Assembly: GCA_044225365.1 (NCBI GenBank)
Contig: JBGAIQ010000010.1
Location: 64,001-128,000, forward strand
Direction of reading: 5' to 3'
Length of the DNA: 64,000 bases
From: Planctomycetota bacterium
GTDB taxonomy: Bacteria > Planctomycetota > B15-G4 > JADJEK01
In this document: positions 51,963 through 61,236 of the stretch, in pieces
Layout of the letters: every line of letters starts with the position of its first letter
Position numbering within the stretch: position 1 is the first letter of the stretch
Position numbers and translations under genes: made by a program
Notes under the pieces: model-generated
The model's database searches: none
What the model was told of the DNA's origin: nothing
The model's input: the letters and a program-made list of their open reading frames with translations, nothing else

Positions 51963-52682
51963 TCAGTGGGCTCCCGCCTTCGCGAAGGACTTGATCATCT
52001 CGACGGCGCGAAGACTCATCGAGAGACACATACGCGTGACCTTGTTCTTGAACACGAAGTAGAGCGTGAGGAACACGATCGCCACGAACAGACCCATCGT
52101 GGTGTTCACGAGCGATTCGTACACGCCCGACGCGAGGTCGCCAGGGGTCGGCGCCTTCATCTGCTCGATCTTCTGGAACGACGTGATCATGCCGGTCACG
52201 GTGCCGAGGAGACCGAGGAGCGGAGCGACGTTACCGAGCAGCGAGAGGTAGGAGATCTTCGCCTGGAGCTTGAAGCTCTCTTCGGCCGCGGCCTGTTCGA
52301 GAACGCCGACCATGTGCTCGTAACCGGCGTGACGGAAGCGGAGCGCGGAACCGACCAGCGTCGCGATGAACGTCTCGCTCGCGTCACAGACTTCGATCGC
52401 TTCGTCGCAGTTGTTCTCTTCGATGAGCGTCTCGATTTCCTCGAGCGTGTCCGGCGGCGCGAGGACGACCGGGCGGAGATTGACGAAGTGTTCGATCGTG
52501 AGCGCAACGCCCGCGATCGAAACGCCGACGAGCAACCAACCGACGAATCCCGTCGAGGCGAAGAGCTCGCCGATCGACTTCTTGTTCTTGAGAACCACTT
52601 CTTCGGCAGCGGCCGTGTCGATCAGCATCAGCGACACGACGATGAGCATGAACAGCACAGTCCAGCGAGCAGAGATACGCAT
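51963..52682 (-). CDS. exbB: MotA/TolQ/ExbB proton-channel protein
   Basis: APLLGLLGTVTGMI, GVYESLVNTTMGLFVAI. Confidence 0.9.
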   Translation of the reverse strand: MRISARWTVLFMLIVVSLMLIDTAAAEEVVLKNKKSIGELFASTGFVGWLLVGVSIAGVALTIEHFVNLRPVVLAPPDTLEEIETLIEENNCDEAIEVCDASETFIATLVGSALRFRHAGYEHMVGVLEQAAAEESFKLQAKISYLSLLGNVAPLLGLLGTVTGMITSFQKIEQMKAPTPGDLASGVYESLVNTTMGLFVAIVFLTLYFVFKNKVTRMCLSMSLRAVEMIKSFAKAGAH

Positions 52683-52780
52683 CGAGATCGTCCTTTCAGA
52701 GCGTGGTCAGGTCTTCGAGCGGGTGAACCTTTCGGTTGCGTCGACGAACGCATCACCCGGACTCTCGGATTCCGGATCGG

Positions 52781-53902
52781 TTACTTTTTCTGAGTCAGAA
52801 ACTTCGAGTTAGGGAAAGACTTCTTCAACTCCGCCCAGCGGTCATTGCTGCGCTGGCGGTACTGATTCTTGGCATCGTCCGCGGTCTCGAGATCGGCGAG
52901 GAACTGAAACGCCGTGGCGGCTCCCGCCATCGAACGCTCATACTCGGAACTCGGTTCACTCGCAGACGGAGTGTATTGCACGACTCCGCGCAGATAGGCG
53001 AAGACGGACTCCAGGATGGCATCCGAGCTGCGCGCTTTCTTGCCCTTCTCGAGCAGGATGTCGCCGATGCCGTTCCAGGCCTGCGCGAGTGCGCGAGCCG
53101 GAAGATCCTGCGTGACGATCGCGCGATAAGCCTTCTCGGCGTCATCGACCTTGCCGCCCGCCTGATCGCAGCGCGCCGCGCCGATCTGGCCCTCGGCGAC
53201 CAGCGCCGCACGCGTGTCCTTCATCGCGGCGACGGCGCGATAGTCGGCCGCGGCCTTGTCGAGCTTGCCCGAGAGCTCCGCGACGCGCGCGCCGAGGAGC
53301 TTCATCTCGGTGTCGAATCCGGCCGGGAGACCCGCGGCCTTGCCATCCTTGCCGGCCTTGTCGACGATCGCCTGCGCGGCCGCCGCGTCCGGCTTGGCCA
53401 GCGCGGCCTCGACGCCGAGTCGCGTGACATCGACGACGTAGCGGCCCGCGGGGAACTCCGTGCGCAAACGGTCCGCGGCGGCATTCGCCTCGTCCATCTG
53501 TCCGGCGCGGTAGAGGGCCGCGGCCTGACAGAAGAGGGCGCGTTGATGCAGCACGGGGCGCAGCTTCTTGTCGTCGGCCAGCGACTTCAGGATCTGCGAC
53601 GCGCTGACCGCATCGCCGGCGCTCAGGGTCTTCATCGCGTCGTCGATCTTCTCGCCACCTTCGTAGGTGATCGAGTCGACCTGGTCCCACGGGATGTCGA
53701 GCTTCTTCTTCGCCGCCTCGAACTGGAGGACGGCGTAGTCCTCGGACTTGATCTTGCCCTGCTGGGCCTGTCCGTCCTTGGTGCGAACGGTGTCGTCCGC
53801 GAGCGCCGAGGGCGCGAGACTCAGGGCGAGTCCCGAGCACGTCACGAACCAAGCCAACATCACTGTCTTCATGCGTCCAACTCCGCACCGTGCGGGATTC
53901 AT
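52781..53902 (-). CDS. Exported TPR protein
   Basis: Signal peptide ending ALA, DTVRTKDG domain, TPR repeats, AYLRGVVQY; start 53902 or 53872. Confidence 0.8.
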   Translation of the reverse strand: MNPARCGVGRMKTVMLAWFVTCSGLALSLAPSALADDTVRTKDGQAQQGKIKSEDYAVLQFEAAKKKLDIPWDQVDSITYEGGEKIDDAMKTLSAGDAVSASQILKSLADDKKLRPVLHQRALFCQAAALYRAGQMDEANAAADRLRTEFPAGRYVVDVTRLGVEAALAKPDAAAAQAIVDKAGKDGKAAGLPAGFDTEMKLLGARVAELSGKLDKAAADYRAVAAMKDTRAALVAEGQIGAARCDQAGGKVDDAEKAYRAIVTQDLPARALAQAWNGIGDILLEKGKKARSSDAILESVFAYLRGVVQYTPSASEPSSEYERSMAGAATAFQFLADLETADDAKNQYRQRSNDRWAELKKSFPNSKFLTQKK

Positions 53903-56793
53903 TACTTCGTGACCTTGGTGGCGATGAACTTTGCGAGCGCAACGAACTTATCGCGTAGGCCGTACTTGTTTCCGTCGTAGTCTTGCGAGGTGCGCTCTAC
54001 GGCGCGGATCGCGATGTCCGCCTGGTCGTAGATGCCGAGGTCGGCAAGGCACTGGATTTGACCGTACTTGGAATGCCACCAAGCCTCGTAGTCCTGCCCG
54101 ACGCTGCGGCAAACCGTCTCGAAGATCTCGCGAGCATGCGAGATGCGATCGTCCTGCTTCTCGCTCTTGCCGATCTCGCGCTCGGCGACGCCCCACTCGA
54201 CGTAGGCGAGGAGCAACTCCTTCTTTGCCGTGAGCGTCGCGGGCTTGATGACGTGCGTCGTCGGATCGACGATCGCTTCGTTCTCGAACAGATGCTCGAA
54301 CTGCTTCGCGGCGTCTTCGAAGCGACCGAGGAAGCCGAGCGAGCGAGCGAGCTTCACTTCGGTGCGATAGGACGGCGCGCGGTCGTAGATCGCCTTGTAG
54401 ACCCGAACCGCCGACTCGAAGTAGGCCTTGTTCGCGATCTTCTTGAGATCGACGTTGGCCGACGACGTGACCGAGTCGGGCAGATCGTTGAGGACGAACG
54501 CGAGCGCGTAGACGCGCTCGGCGACTTCGGAGAGCGCGGTCGTGGAGAACGAACGGCTCGCGAGCTGCGGCCGGACGCTCGCTTCGTAGTAGCGAGCCGC
54601 CTTGTCGTACAGCGCGCGCGCTTCCTTCGACTTCGCGTCCTTCGCCACGAGCTCTCCCGCGCGCTTGTCGAACGCGCGAGCGAGGATGCCGGCAGCCGCG
54701 CCCGTCGCGGGCGCATCCGGCTGACCCGCCATCAGCGTGGCGAGCAGCTTCTCGGCATCGTCGAGCTTGCCGAGCTTCTGGAGCGCTTGAATACGCAGAC
54801 GCCACACGGAGGTCAGCTTGTCGGCGTCGCCCTTGGCGTCGGCCTCCGCGCCGTCGAGCAGCGCGAGCGCGTCCTTGTCCTTCGCCATGACCTCCATCAG
54901 GTACAGATTGGCGAGGGAGACTCGGGCCTCGAACGAGACGCGGTCGAGATTGGCGAGCGCGTTGGAGTCGAGGGTCTTCTGACGCGCGGGAGCGATCGCG
55001 TCGATCGACTTCTTGAGGTACTCCTCGCTCTTCTGGAGCATCGCCTTCGCCTCGGCGTCCTTCTTCTCCGAGACGAGGCGCTGCCCGTCGCGGAGGAAGC
55101 AGTAGCCGGCGCGATACATCGCTTCTTCGTAAGCGGAGGCGCCCGCGAGGACCTTCATGTACGCGGTCGCCGCGTCTGCGTAGCGCTTCTCCGTCTCGAG
55201 CTGTCGCCCTTCGATGAGCTGCGCCTGGCTCGCGGCGGGATGCTTCGGATACTCGCGCGCGATCCGCGACAATCGCTCATCGATTCGGCGCTTGTAGAAC
55301 GGCTTCTTCTCGAGCGCCTTCAATTGCATGTCGACCTGGATCGCCTGCCACAGTCCTTCGGGCGCGTCATCCGTGCCCGCGGCGATCACCGCGAGCTGGT
55401 CGTACGCCGCTGCGGCTTCGTGCAGGAAGTTCTTGCGTTGATAGAGGGAGCCGAGGCGCAGCAGTGCCTGCGCTCCGCCCGGCTTCGAGCCCTGGCGGCC
55501 CGGATCGTAGATCGCCTTGCGACAGGTCTCGATCGCCTCGTCGATCTCGCCGCGCGAAGCCTGGGCGTCGGCGAGCTGGAGGAGGTCGGTGACACCCAGG
55601 GCCGGAGCCGCGCCGCCGCCGCCGCCCTTCGCGAGGATCTCGCGAGCGCGCGCCGCGAAGCGGCCGGTCTTGTCCTGATCCATGATCTCGCGAGCGGACT
55701 TCTCGGCCTGATCGGTCTTGCCGGCCGCGTTCAGCGAGTCGACGAGCGCGAGCTTCACCGCGTAGTAGGCGTCGGGATTGGTGTCCGGCACGGTCGTCTT
55801 GATGAAGTCCTCCGCCGTCGCGATCGCCTCGGCGGGCTGCTTCAGCGTGTCGAGGAGCTTCATCTTCTGCACGACGCCGTTGGAGACGATCTCGATGCCC
55901 TCGGGCGGCATCTCGTAGCGGCCCTTGTTGTCCTGCGGCCAGCTCTCGCGGACCTTGATCGCCTCGTCGAGCGTGAGCAATGCGTCGTCGTTCTTGCCGA
56001 GTTCGATCTCGCAGAGGGCCTGCAGGACCTGGCCCTCGAAGCAGACGAGCGTATCGTTGTGATCGAGCGTGAACTGCTGGAAGGCTTCGATCGCCTCACC
56101 CAGGATCTGCTCGCGGCCGAGATCGTTCGGCTTGTAGAGCAGGCTGCGGAAATAACGCAGACGGGCGAGGTTGTACTTCGCCATCACGTACTGCTGCTCG
56201 ACCGTCGCCGCGTTCTTCTCGTCGAGCGTCTGACTGCGCAGGTCGTCGAGCGTCGCGACTTCCGCGATCAGTCCCTTCATGCCGTCGAGGAACATCTGCT
56301 TCGCTTCGCCCTCGAGCTTCGCGACCTTCGCAGCATCCTTCTCGGCCTTGATCGTTGCGATCGTCGCCTCGGCGAGGAGGCGGTAGGCGAGCGGCATGTT
56401 GGCGCGCAGCGTCGGCGTCACCGGCGAATCGGGGTTCTTCGCGATGAAGTCCTGGCGAGCCGTCAGATTCGCGCGCAGGACTTCCATGCGCTTCTGCGGA
56501 TCGGGATCGCGCGATGCCTTGTCGGCGTCGACGTCGAGCATGAGCGCGGAGGCACCCATACGTTCGGCGTCGGAGGAGTCCGGACTCTTGAGGAGCGCGT
56601 CGCAAACCTTCGAGGCGAGATCGTGATACCCCACCTCGAGCAGACGCCGAGCGAAGTACACGTCATCGCGGCCGAGGATGCCGGTCGGATCTCCGGCGAG
56701 CGCGCCGGAGGACATCGCGAACGCAGCGAGGCACAGCGACAAGCCGGCCTGCGCCGCGCGCAGGCTGCGCGAAGCGGACATGGGCGACCTCAC
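53902..56793 (-). CDS. Large exported TPR/alpha-solenoid protein, 963 aa
   Basis: Signal peptide ending GALA; FARRLLEVGYHDLA; many TPR-like repeats; overlaps both neighbours. Confidence 0.82.
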   Translation of the reverse strand: MRSPMSASRSLRAAQAGLSLCLAAFAMSSGALAGDPTGILGRDDVYFARRLLEVGYHDLASKVCDALLKSPDSSDAERMGASALMLDVDADKASRDPDPQKRMEVLRANLTARQDFIAKNPDSPVTPTLRANMPLAYRLLAEATIATIKAEKDAAKVAKLEGEAKQMFLDGMKGLIAEVATLDDLRSQTLDEKNAATVEQQYVMAKYNLARLRYFRSLLYKPNDLGREQILGEAIEAFQQFTLDHNDTLVCFEGQVLQALCEIELGKNDDALLTLDEAIKVRESWPQDNKGRYEMPPEGIEIVSNGVVQKMKLLDTLKQPAEAIATAEDFIKTTVPDTNPDAYYAVKLALVDSLNAAGKTDQAEKSAREIMDQDKTGRFAARAREILAKGGGGGAAPALGVTDLLQLADAQASRGEIDEAIETCRKAIYDPGRQGSKPGGAQALLRLGSLYQRKNFLHEAAAAYDQLAVIAAGTDDAPEGLWQAIQVDMQLKALEKKPFYKRRIDERLSRIAREYPKHPAASQAQLIEGRQLETEKRYADAATAYMKVLAGASAYEEAMYRAGYCFLRDGQRLVSEKKDAEAKAMLQKSEEYLKKSIDAIAPARQKTLDSNALANLDRVSFEARVSLANLYLMEVMAKDKDALALLDGAEADAKGDADKLTSVWRLRIQALQKLGKLDDAEKLLATLMAGQPDAPATGAAAGILARAFDKRAGELVAKDAKSKEARALYDKAARYYEASVRPQLASRSFSTTALSEVAERVYALAFVLNDLPDSVTSSANVDLKKIANKAYFESAVRVYKAIYDRAPSYRTEVKLARSLGFLGRFEDAAKQFEHLFENEAIVDPTTHVIKPATLTAKKELLLAYVEWGVAEREIGKSEKQDDRISHAREIFETVCRSVGQDYEAWWHSKYGQIQCLADLGIYDQADIAIRAVERTSQDYDGNKYGLRDKFVALAKFIATKVTK

Positions 56794-58616
56794 TTCTTCT
56801 CGCCTTCCTTCTTGGTGTCGTCGGCCTTCGGCGGCTCGGCCTTTGGCGCTTCAGCCTTCGGAGCCTTCTTCTCGCGCGCCGAGCTGCCGAAGGCGTTCTC
56901 GTACCGGTAGTACACCTCGAGCGTCAGGATGTTGATCGCCGTCGTGTAGATGCGGCTCGCCTCGTAGCTCCAGCGATCGCGACCTAGCCAGGCGCCCATC
57001 GAGCAGCTCTTCTCGGTCTTGTCCTGGAGTCCGAGCAGCACCTTGTTCATCGCCGTGTTCCAGGCGTTCCAGTGCCGGTTCGTCTTCTTCGGGCTGTCCG
57101 GACCGTCGACCTGATTGAGCGCGAGGGTCGCGTAGTACCAGTAGTAGTAATCGACCGAGAGTCCGTCATCCGAGGCCGCCGGGAGGTTCTCCGGCTTGAT
57201 GAGCTGATCGGCGGCAGCGACGAGGAAGGGATCGTCCGGATTGTGCTCGAGGAAGATCCGGATGCACATGTTCACGGCGCCCATCGAGCTGCCCGTGTAG
57301 TACTTGTACTGATCGTTCGGACCGGTGAGCTTCTGCGTCGCTTGATCGGCGCGCTGATAGCCCGAGAGACCGCTCGGCTGGCCCATCGCTTTCGCGAAGT
57401 TCATGGCGCCTTCCTTGCACTCGGGCGGCACGTTGAGGCCCGACAGCTCGGCGGACTTCAGCGCCATCACGACCCAGCCGGTCACCGAGGTGTCGGAGTC
57501 GTTGAGCGCTTCGTTGAACTTCGCGTCGGTCGCATAGTCGGAGCGGCGATCCTCGATGTACTTGCGGGTGTCGTAGCGCCAACCCCAACGCTTGCTGACG
57601 TCACCGGGAGCTGGTCGCTGCGCGCCCGCGAGGAAGTCGACGGCCTTCTGCGCCGGGACCTTCCAGTAGCGGTTCTTCGTCAGACCATAGGCTTCGCAGA
57701 GCGCGAGCGTCGCGATCGCTTCGTTGTACATGAACGTTCCCGCCGCGCTGAACGAGCCGTCCGGCTGCTGGCGATCGGTCAGGTACTGCAGGCCCTTCTT
57801 CACGACCTCGCCGAGGCGATACTTCCTCGCCGTGACCGGGTCGACGATGTACTGCTTCGACTCATGGGTGTAGCCCGAGCCGAGGAAACAGAGGAGCGCG
57901 AGACCGGTGAGACCTTCGTCGAGGCGGTCGGAGCGATCGTCCTCGGACGTGAAGCAGTGACCCTCCTGGTTGCACTTGTCCGCACAACCGCGGGTCGTCC
58001 ACGAACCGTCGTCGTTCTGGTGGCGGAGCAGCCAGCGCAGACCGTTCAGCACGGCTTCTTCGGTCGCTTGCGTGGGGCCGCCGACGCGACCCTTCTTGCC
58101 GCCGCCGAGACGGCCCGCGAATGCCGACGGCCGACCGGTTCCGAAGTGACCGCCCGTACCGACACCCATCGAGGTGCCACCCGTGAAGCCGGACGTGTTG
58201 GAGAGCGCCGTCGGATCCCCTCGCGGCTGCGTGAGGTCCTGATCCGGAACCTCCATCGTCGGCGTGAAGACGTTCTCGTCGAAAGTGACGACTTCGGCTT
58301 CCTGGTTCTCCGGGATGGCCTTGCGGTCCACCTTCTCCTCGGGAGGAGGTGGTGGCTCGTCCGCTTCCTTCGCCTGCTTCAGGTTCATCACCACGGGCGG
58401 AGCTTCCACGGCGGCCTTCTGCGAGCCGACGTAGCTCATGCCGAGGATCGCGATGACCGCCAAGTGGACGGCCACCGAGATCACGACCCAGGGTGAGTTC
58501 CGAACGAAGTTGCGGATGACTTCCATCCGCGTCTGGGGAGCGTTGAGGCGCTCCTCGAGAGTCATGTCGTCCGCATCATCCATCGGCTCGGAATCGTCAT
58601 CGTTTCGACGGGCCAT
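56790..58616 (-). CDS. Membrane-anchored prenyltransferase/squalene-cyclase-repeat protein with TonB-like N-terminus
   Basis: TM ISVAVHLAVIAIL, EPPPPPEE, Gly-rich linker, QW-like repeats (WLLRHQNDDGSW, YLTDRQQPDGSF), DTSVTGW, YYWYY, LEVYYRY. Confidence 0.85.
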   Translation of the reverse strand: MARRNDDDSEPMDDADDMTLEERLNAPQTRMEVIRNFVRNSPWVVISVAVHLAVIAILGMSYVGSQKAAVEAPPVVMNLKQAKEADEPPPPPEEKVDRKAIPENQEAEVVTFDENVFTPTMEVPDQDLTQPRGDPTALSNTSGFTGGTSMGVGTGGHFGTGRPSAFAGRLGGGKKGRVGGPTQATEEAVLNGLRWLLRHQNDDGSWTTRGCADKCNQEGHCFTSEDDRSDRLDEGLTGLALLCFLGSGYTHESKQYIVDPVTARKYRLGEVVKKGLQYLTDRQQPDGSFSAAGTFMYNEAIATLALCEAYGLTKNRYWKVPAQKAVDFLAGAQRPAPGDVSKRWGWRYDTRKYIEDRRSDYATDAKFNEALNDSDTSVTGWVVMALKSAELSGLNVPPECKEGAMNFAKAMGQPSGLSGYQRADQATQKLTGPNDQYKYYTGSSMGAVNMCIRIFLEHNPDDPFLVAAADQLIKPENLPAASDDGLSVDYYYWYYATLALNQVDGPDSPKKTNRHWNAWNTAMNKVLLGLQDKTEKSCSMGAWLGRDRWSYEASRIYTTAINILTLEVYYRYENAFGSSAREKKAPKAEAPKAEPPKADDTKKEGEKK

Positions 58617-58921
58617 GTTGGTTCCTAGCTGAGCTCATTGCCTCAGGCGACGAAGCGCCGGATTCTAACAACGTCCACGGTTTGTTGAGGGTCTGACGAC
58701 GAAAGCGCGTCGATTCCCGTTGTCATTGGATCCATCGATCACGGGAGGATTCGAACGCAGCTATGTGTTGGACTCACGAACTCCGGGGCGAACGGACGAC
58801 GGCCTTACCGGTTTGAACCGATACCAGAACGCTTTTCATACCGGCGGATTGTCATCTCGAGTCATCTCGCGCAAACGATTCGGGGGTCTTCTTCGCTCCG
58901 GTTGCTCCACTGTCCGCATCA

Positions 58922-60883
58922 TCACTTGCCTGCCGGAGCGATGAGTGGACGGTGGCGCAGGGGCACCACGACCTCGAAAACCTTGTTCTTAGCGGCGCCG
59001 AGGCGGAAGCGATAGGTGAAGGTTGGCGAATCCGCGGATGCATTTGGCGGGAGCGGATCCGCGACGAGGCCCTTCACTGCGGCGACTTCCTTGGGCGGAC
59101 CGTCGAGCGCCATCGCGGCTACGAACTCGCCGCGCTTGTCGATGAGCACGAGCGCGTCGTGCGAACGATCGACCGCCACGGCGCCCTGCGCGATCGGTTC
59201 GGGAGCAGCCTGCGGCTCGGGCGCTTCGGGCGCTTCGGGGGCCGACGACTCGGGCTCCTTCTCGCCGCCTTCCTTGCCTTCGCTCTTCGGATCTTTGGCG
59301 TCCTTGCCACCCTTCGCGTCTTTTCCGCCCTTGGAGTCCTTGCTGTCCTTGCCCTCCTTGCTGGGGGCATCGGGCCGCTTGGCCTTATCATCCTTCGCCG
59401 CTGGGGGCTTGGCGGGCGCCTTCGCAGGCGCGGTCGGCTTCGTCGGCTTTGCGGGAGTCGCCGCGGCGTCCACCGCATCGCGACCGGCGTAGTTCCATCC
59501 CGACTTCGGGAAAACGAGCTTCTTCTGGGTCTCCGCGATCTTCAGATCGCGTGCCAGGATCCCGACTCCGTATTCGCCGGACGTCAGGCGCGGTTCGAGG
59601 ATCGGTTCGGAAGTCGCAAGGAGCCCGATCATCACGGGCGCCTTCTGCGCACGCGTCATCAGGTCGGTGACCGAGAGATTGCCGCCCGTCTTCTCGCGCT
59701 GCACGGAGTCCGCCGGCGCGAGGACGAAGTGAGACTCGCCTGTGATCAGTCCCTGATCGTTGTAGTGCACGCTCTCGGTCGCGATGACGTCGGCCCACGC
59801 GATCGGCGAATTCTCGAAGCGTCGGGCCTGGAGCGCCGCGATCGCCTGGTGGATGACTTCCGCGCCGGGGCGGACGTCCCGCACGCAGCGGAAGCCGATC
59901 GTGTTGTACCAAGTGCCGGGTTCGGTCCCCTGCCGCACGGCGGAGAGGAGCGCGATGGGGTTCGAGTCGAACTGCCCGCCGCGAATCACCATCTGCTTCT
60001 CGCTGAGGATGCTCGCTGCCGTGACCGTCTTCGGCTTGCCGGTCTTCGCGGGGATGTCGATCGAGATCGTCTTGGTGTCGAACGCCGTCATCGGCGAGCT
60101 CGTCCACTCCCAGACGTTGCCGCAGAGGTCCTGGATGCCGAAGGGACTGGCGCCGTCGGGGAACGAGCCCACGTCCGCGACGACGCGCGACCCCTTCGAG
60201 GAGCCGCAATTCGCGCGCGTCCCGCCGCGCTTGCCGTCCTCGTCGAACTTCACGCCCCAGGGGTACATTCGGCCGTCGGTGCCGCGCGCGGCATACTCCC
60301 ACTCGAACTCGGTCGGGATGCGCTTCAGGCACCAGGCCGCGAACTTCTCGACCTCGGGGTACGAAACGAAGACCACGGGCTTCTTCTCGTGGCCCTTGGG
60401 GATCTTCCCTTCCGCCCAGTAGTTGTTGACGAGCTGATCGGAGGGCTTCTGTCCCGTGGCGTCGAGGTAGACCTTCCACTGGGCGTTCGTCACTTCGAAC
60501 TTGTCCATGTAGAAGGCTTCGATCGGGCGATTGTTGAACCCGGGATACGACGCGACGAGCTGCGTCAGGAAGTTTGCGTTCTCGAGGTTGAGGGCGAGGA
60601 TCTGGTCCTTGTCGAGGCCGATCTTCGGCGCACCTGCGGGTACGAAGGCCATCTCGGGAGGGATGGAGTTCGCCGGATCGACCTTGGGCATCGATGTGCG
60701 ATCGAAGGACTTCGTCGATCCCTTGTCGCTCGCGCCGGCCGCTGCGGGCGCGCCGTCCTCCTTCTCCGACTTCGCCGTCACCGCGGACTTGTCCTGCGGC
60801 GGATCCGAGGCGACCGCTACGGCCGGGCAATACGCCAGCGCAATTGCGAGGGAGAGCCTTGCCGCGATGAGTGTGTCAAGCAT
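58922..60883 (-). CDS. Exported FGE-sulfatase (SUMF1)-fold protein
   Basis: FYMDKFEVTN, PVVFVS, RIPTEFEWEYAARG, GNVWEW, RGG, IGFRC; Lys/Pro-rich C-terminal linker. Confidence 0.88.
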   Translation of the reverse strand: MLDTLIAARLSLAIALAYCPAVAVASDPPQDKSAVTAKSEKEDGAPAAAGASDKGSTKSFDRTSMPKVDPANSIPPEMAFVPAGAPKIGLDKDQILALNLENANFLTQLVASYPGFNNRPIEAFYMDKFEVTNAQWKVYLDATGQKPSDQLVNNYWAEGKIPKGHEKKPVVFVSYPEVEKFAAWCLKRIPTEFEWEYAARGTDGRMYPWGVKFDEDGKRGGTRANCGSSKGSRVVADVGSFPDGASPFGIQDLCGNVWEWTSSPMTAFDTKTISIDIPAKTGKPKTVTAASILSEKQMVIRGGQFDSNPIALLSAVRQGTEPGTWYNTIGFRCVRDVRPGAEVIHQAIAALQARRFENSPIAWADVIATESVHYNDQGLITGESHFVLAPADSVQREKTGGNLSVTDLMTRAQKAPVMIGLLATSEPILEPRLTSGEYGVGILARDLKIAETQKKLVFPKSGWNYAGRDAVDAAATPAKPTKPTAPAKAPAKPPAAKDDKAKRPDAPSKEGKDSKDSKGGKDAKGGKDAKDPKSEGKEGGEKEPESSAPEAPEAPEPQAAPEPIAQGAVAVDRSHDALVLIDKRGEFVAAMALDGPPKEVAAVKGLVADPLPPNASADSPTFTYRFRLGAAKNKVFEVVVPLRHRPLIAPAGK

Positions 60884-60932
60884 TCGAGAACTCGGCGATC
60901 AGAGTGCAGTCAGGGCATTCTATGGAAGAGCC

Positions 60933-60981
60933 AAAAAACTGGCAAGACCCGTAACGACCCGCGCGGCCCCACGCGGGTCTT
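60933..60981 (-). terminator. Possible intrinsic terminator/attenuator upstream of the FGE-fold gene
   Basis: AAGACCCG...CGGGTCTT inverted repeat followed on the - strand by GCCAG and T6. Confidence 0.35.
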
Positions 60982-61236
60982 TCGTTCGAATCGACGATCG
61001 ACCAAGGCACTCGTTTCGGCGATGCGTCGATCCGAATTCACGTGCGATCGAACCGTGCAACGAAGTCTCGCTCGCGCCGGCAGCGCTTCGATCACCATGG
61101 GGTTCGCTAGCCGGATTTCCTCGCCAGGTAACCGGCTGCGACCTTCTGGCAGGTGCTCGACGACTGCCGTCCGCCGCGCGCCAGGACCGTCAAGAGCGAA
61201 GCATGGAACGGCGGAACGCGGATTCCGCGCGACTTC

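Noticed and set aside
56790-58616. True squalene-hopene cyclase / hopanoid cluster
   Set aside because: Single barrel, no DXDD motif, membrane anchor plus linker, and no hpn genes nearby.
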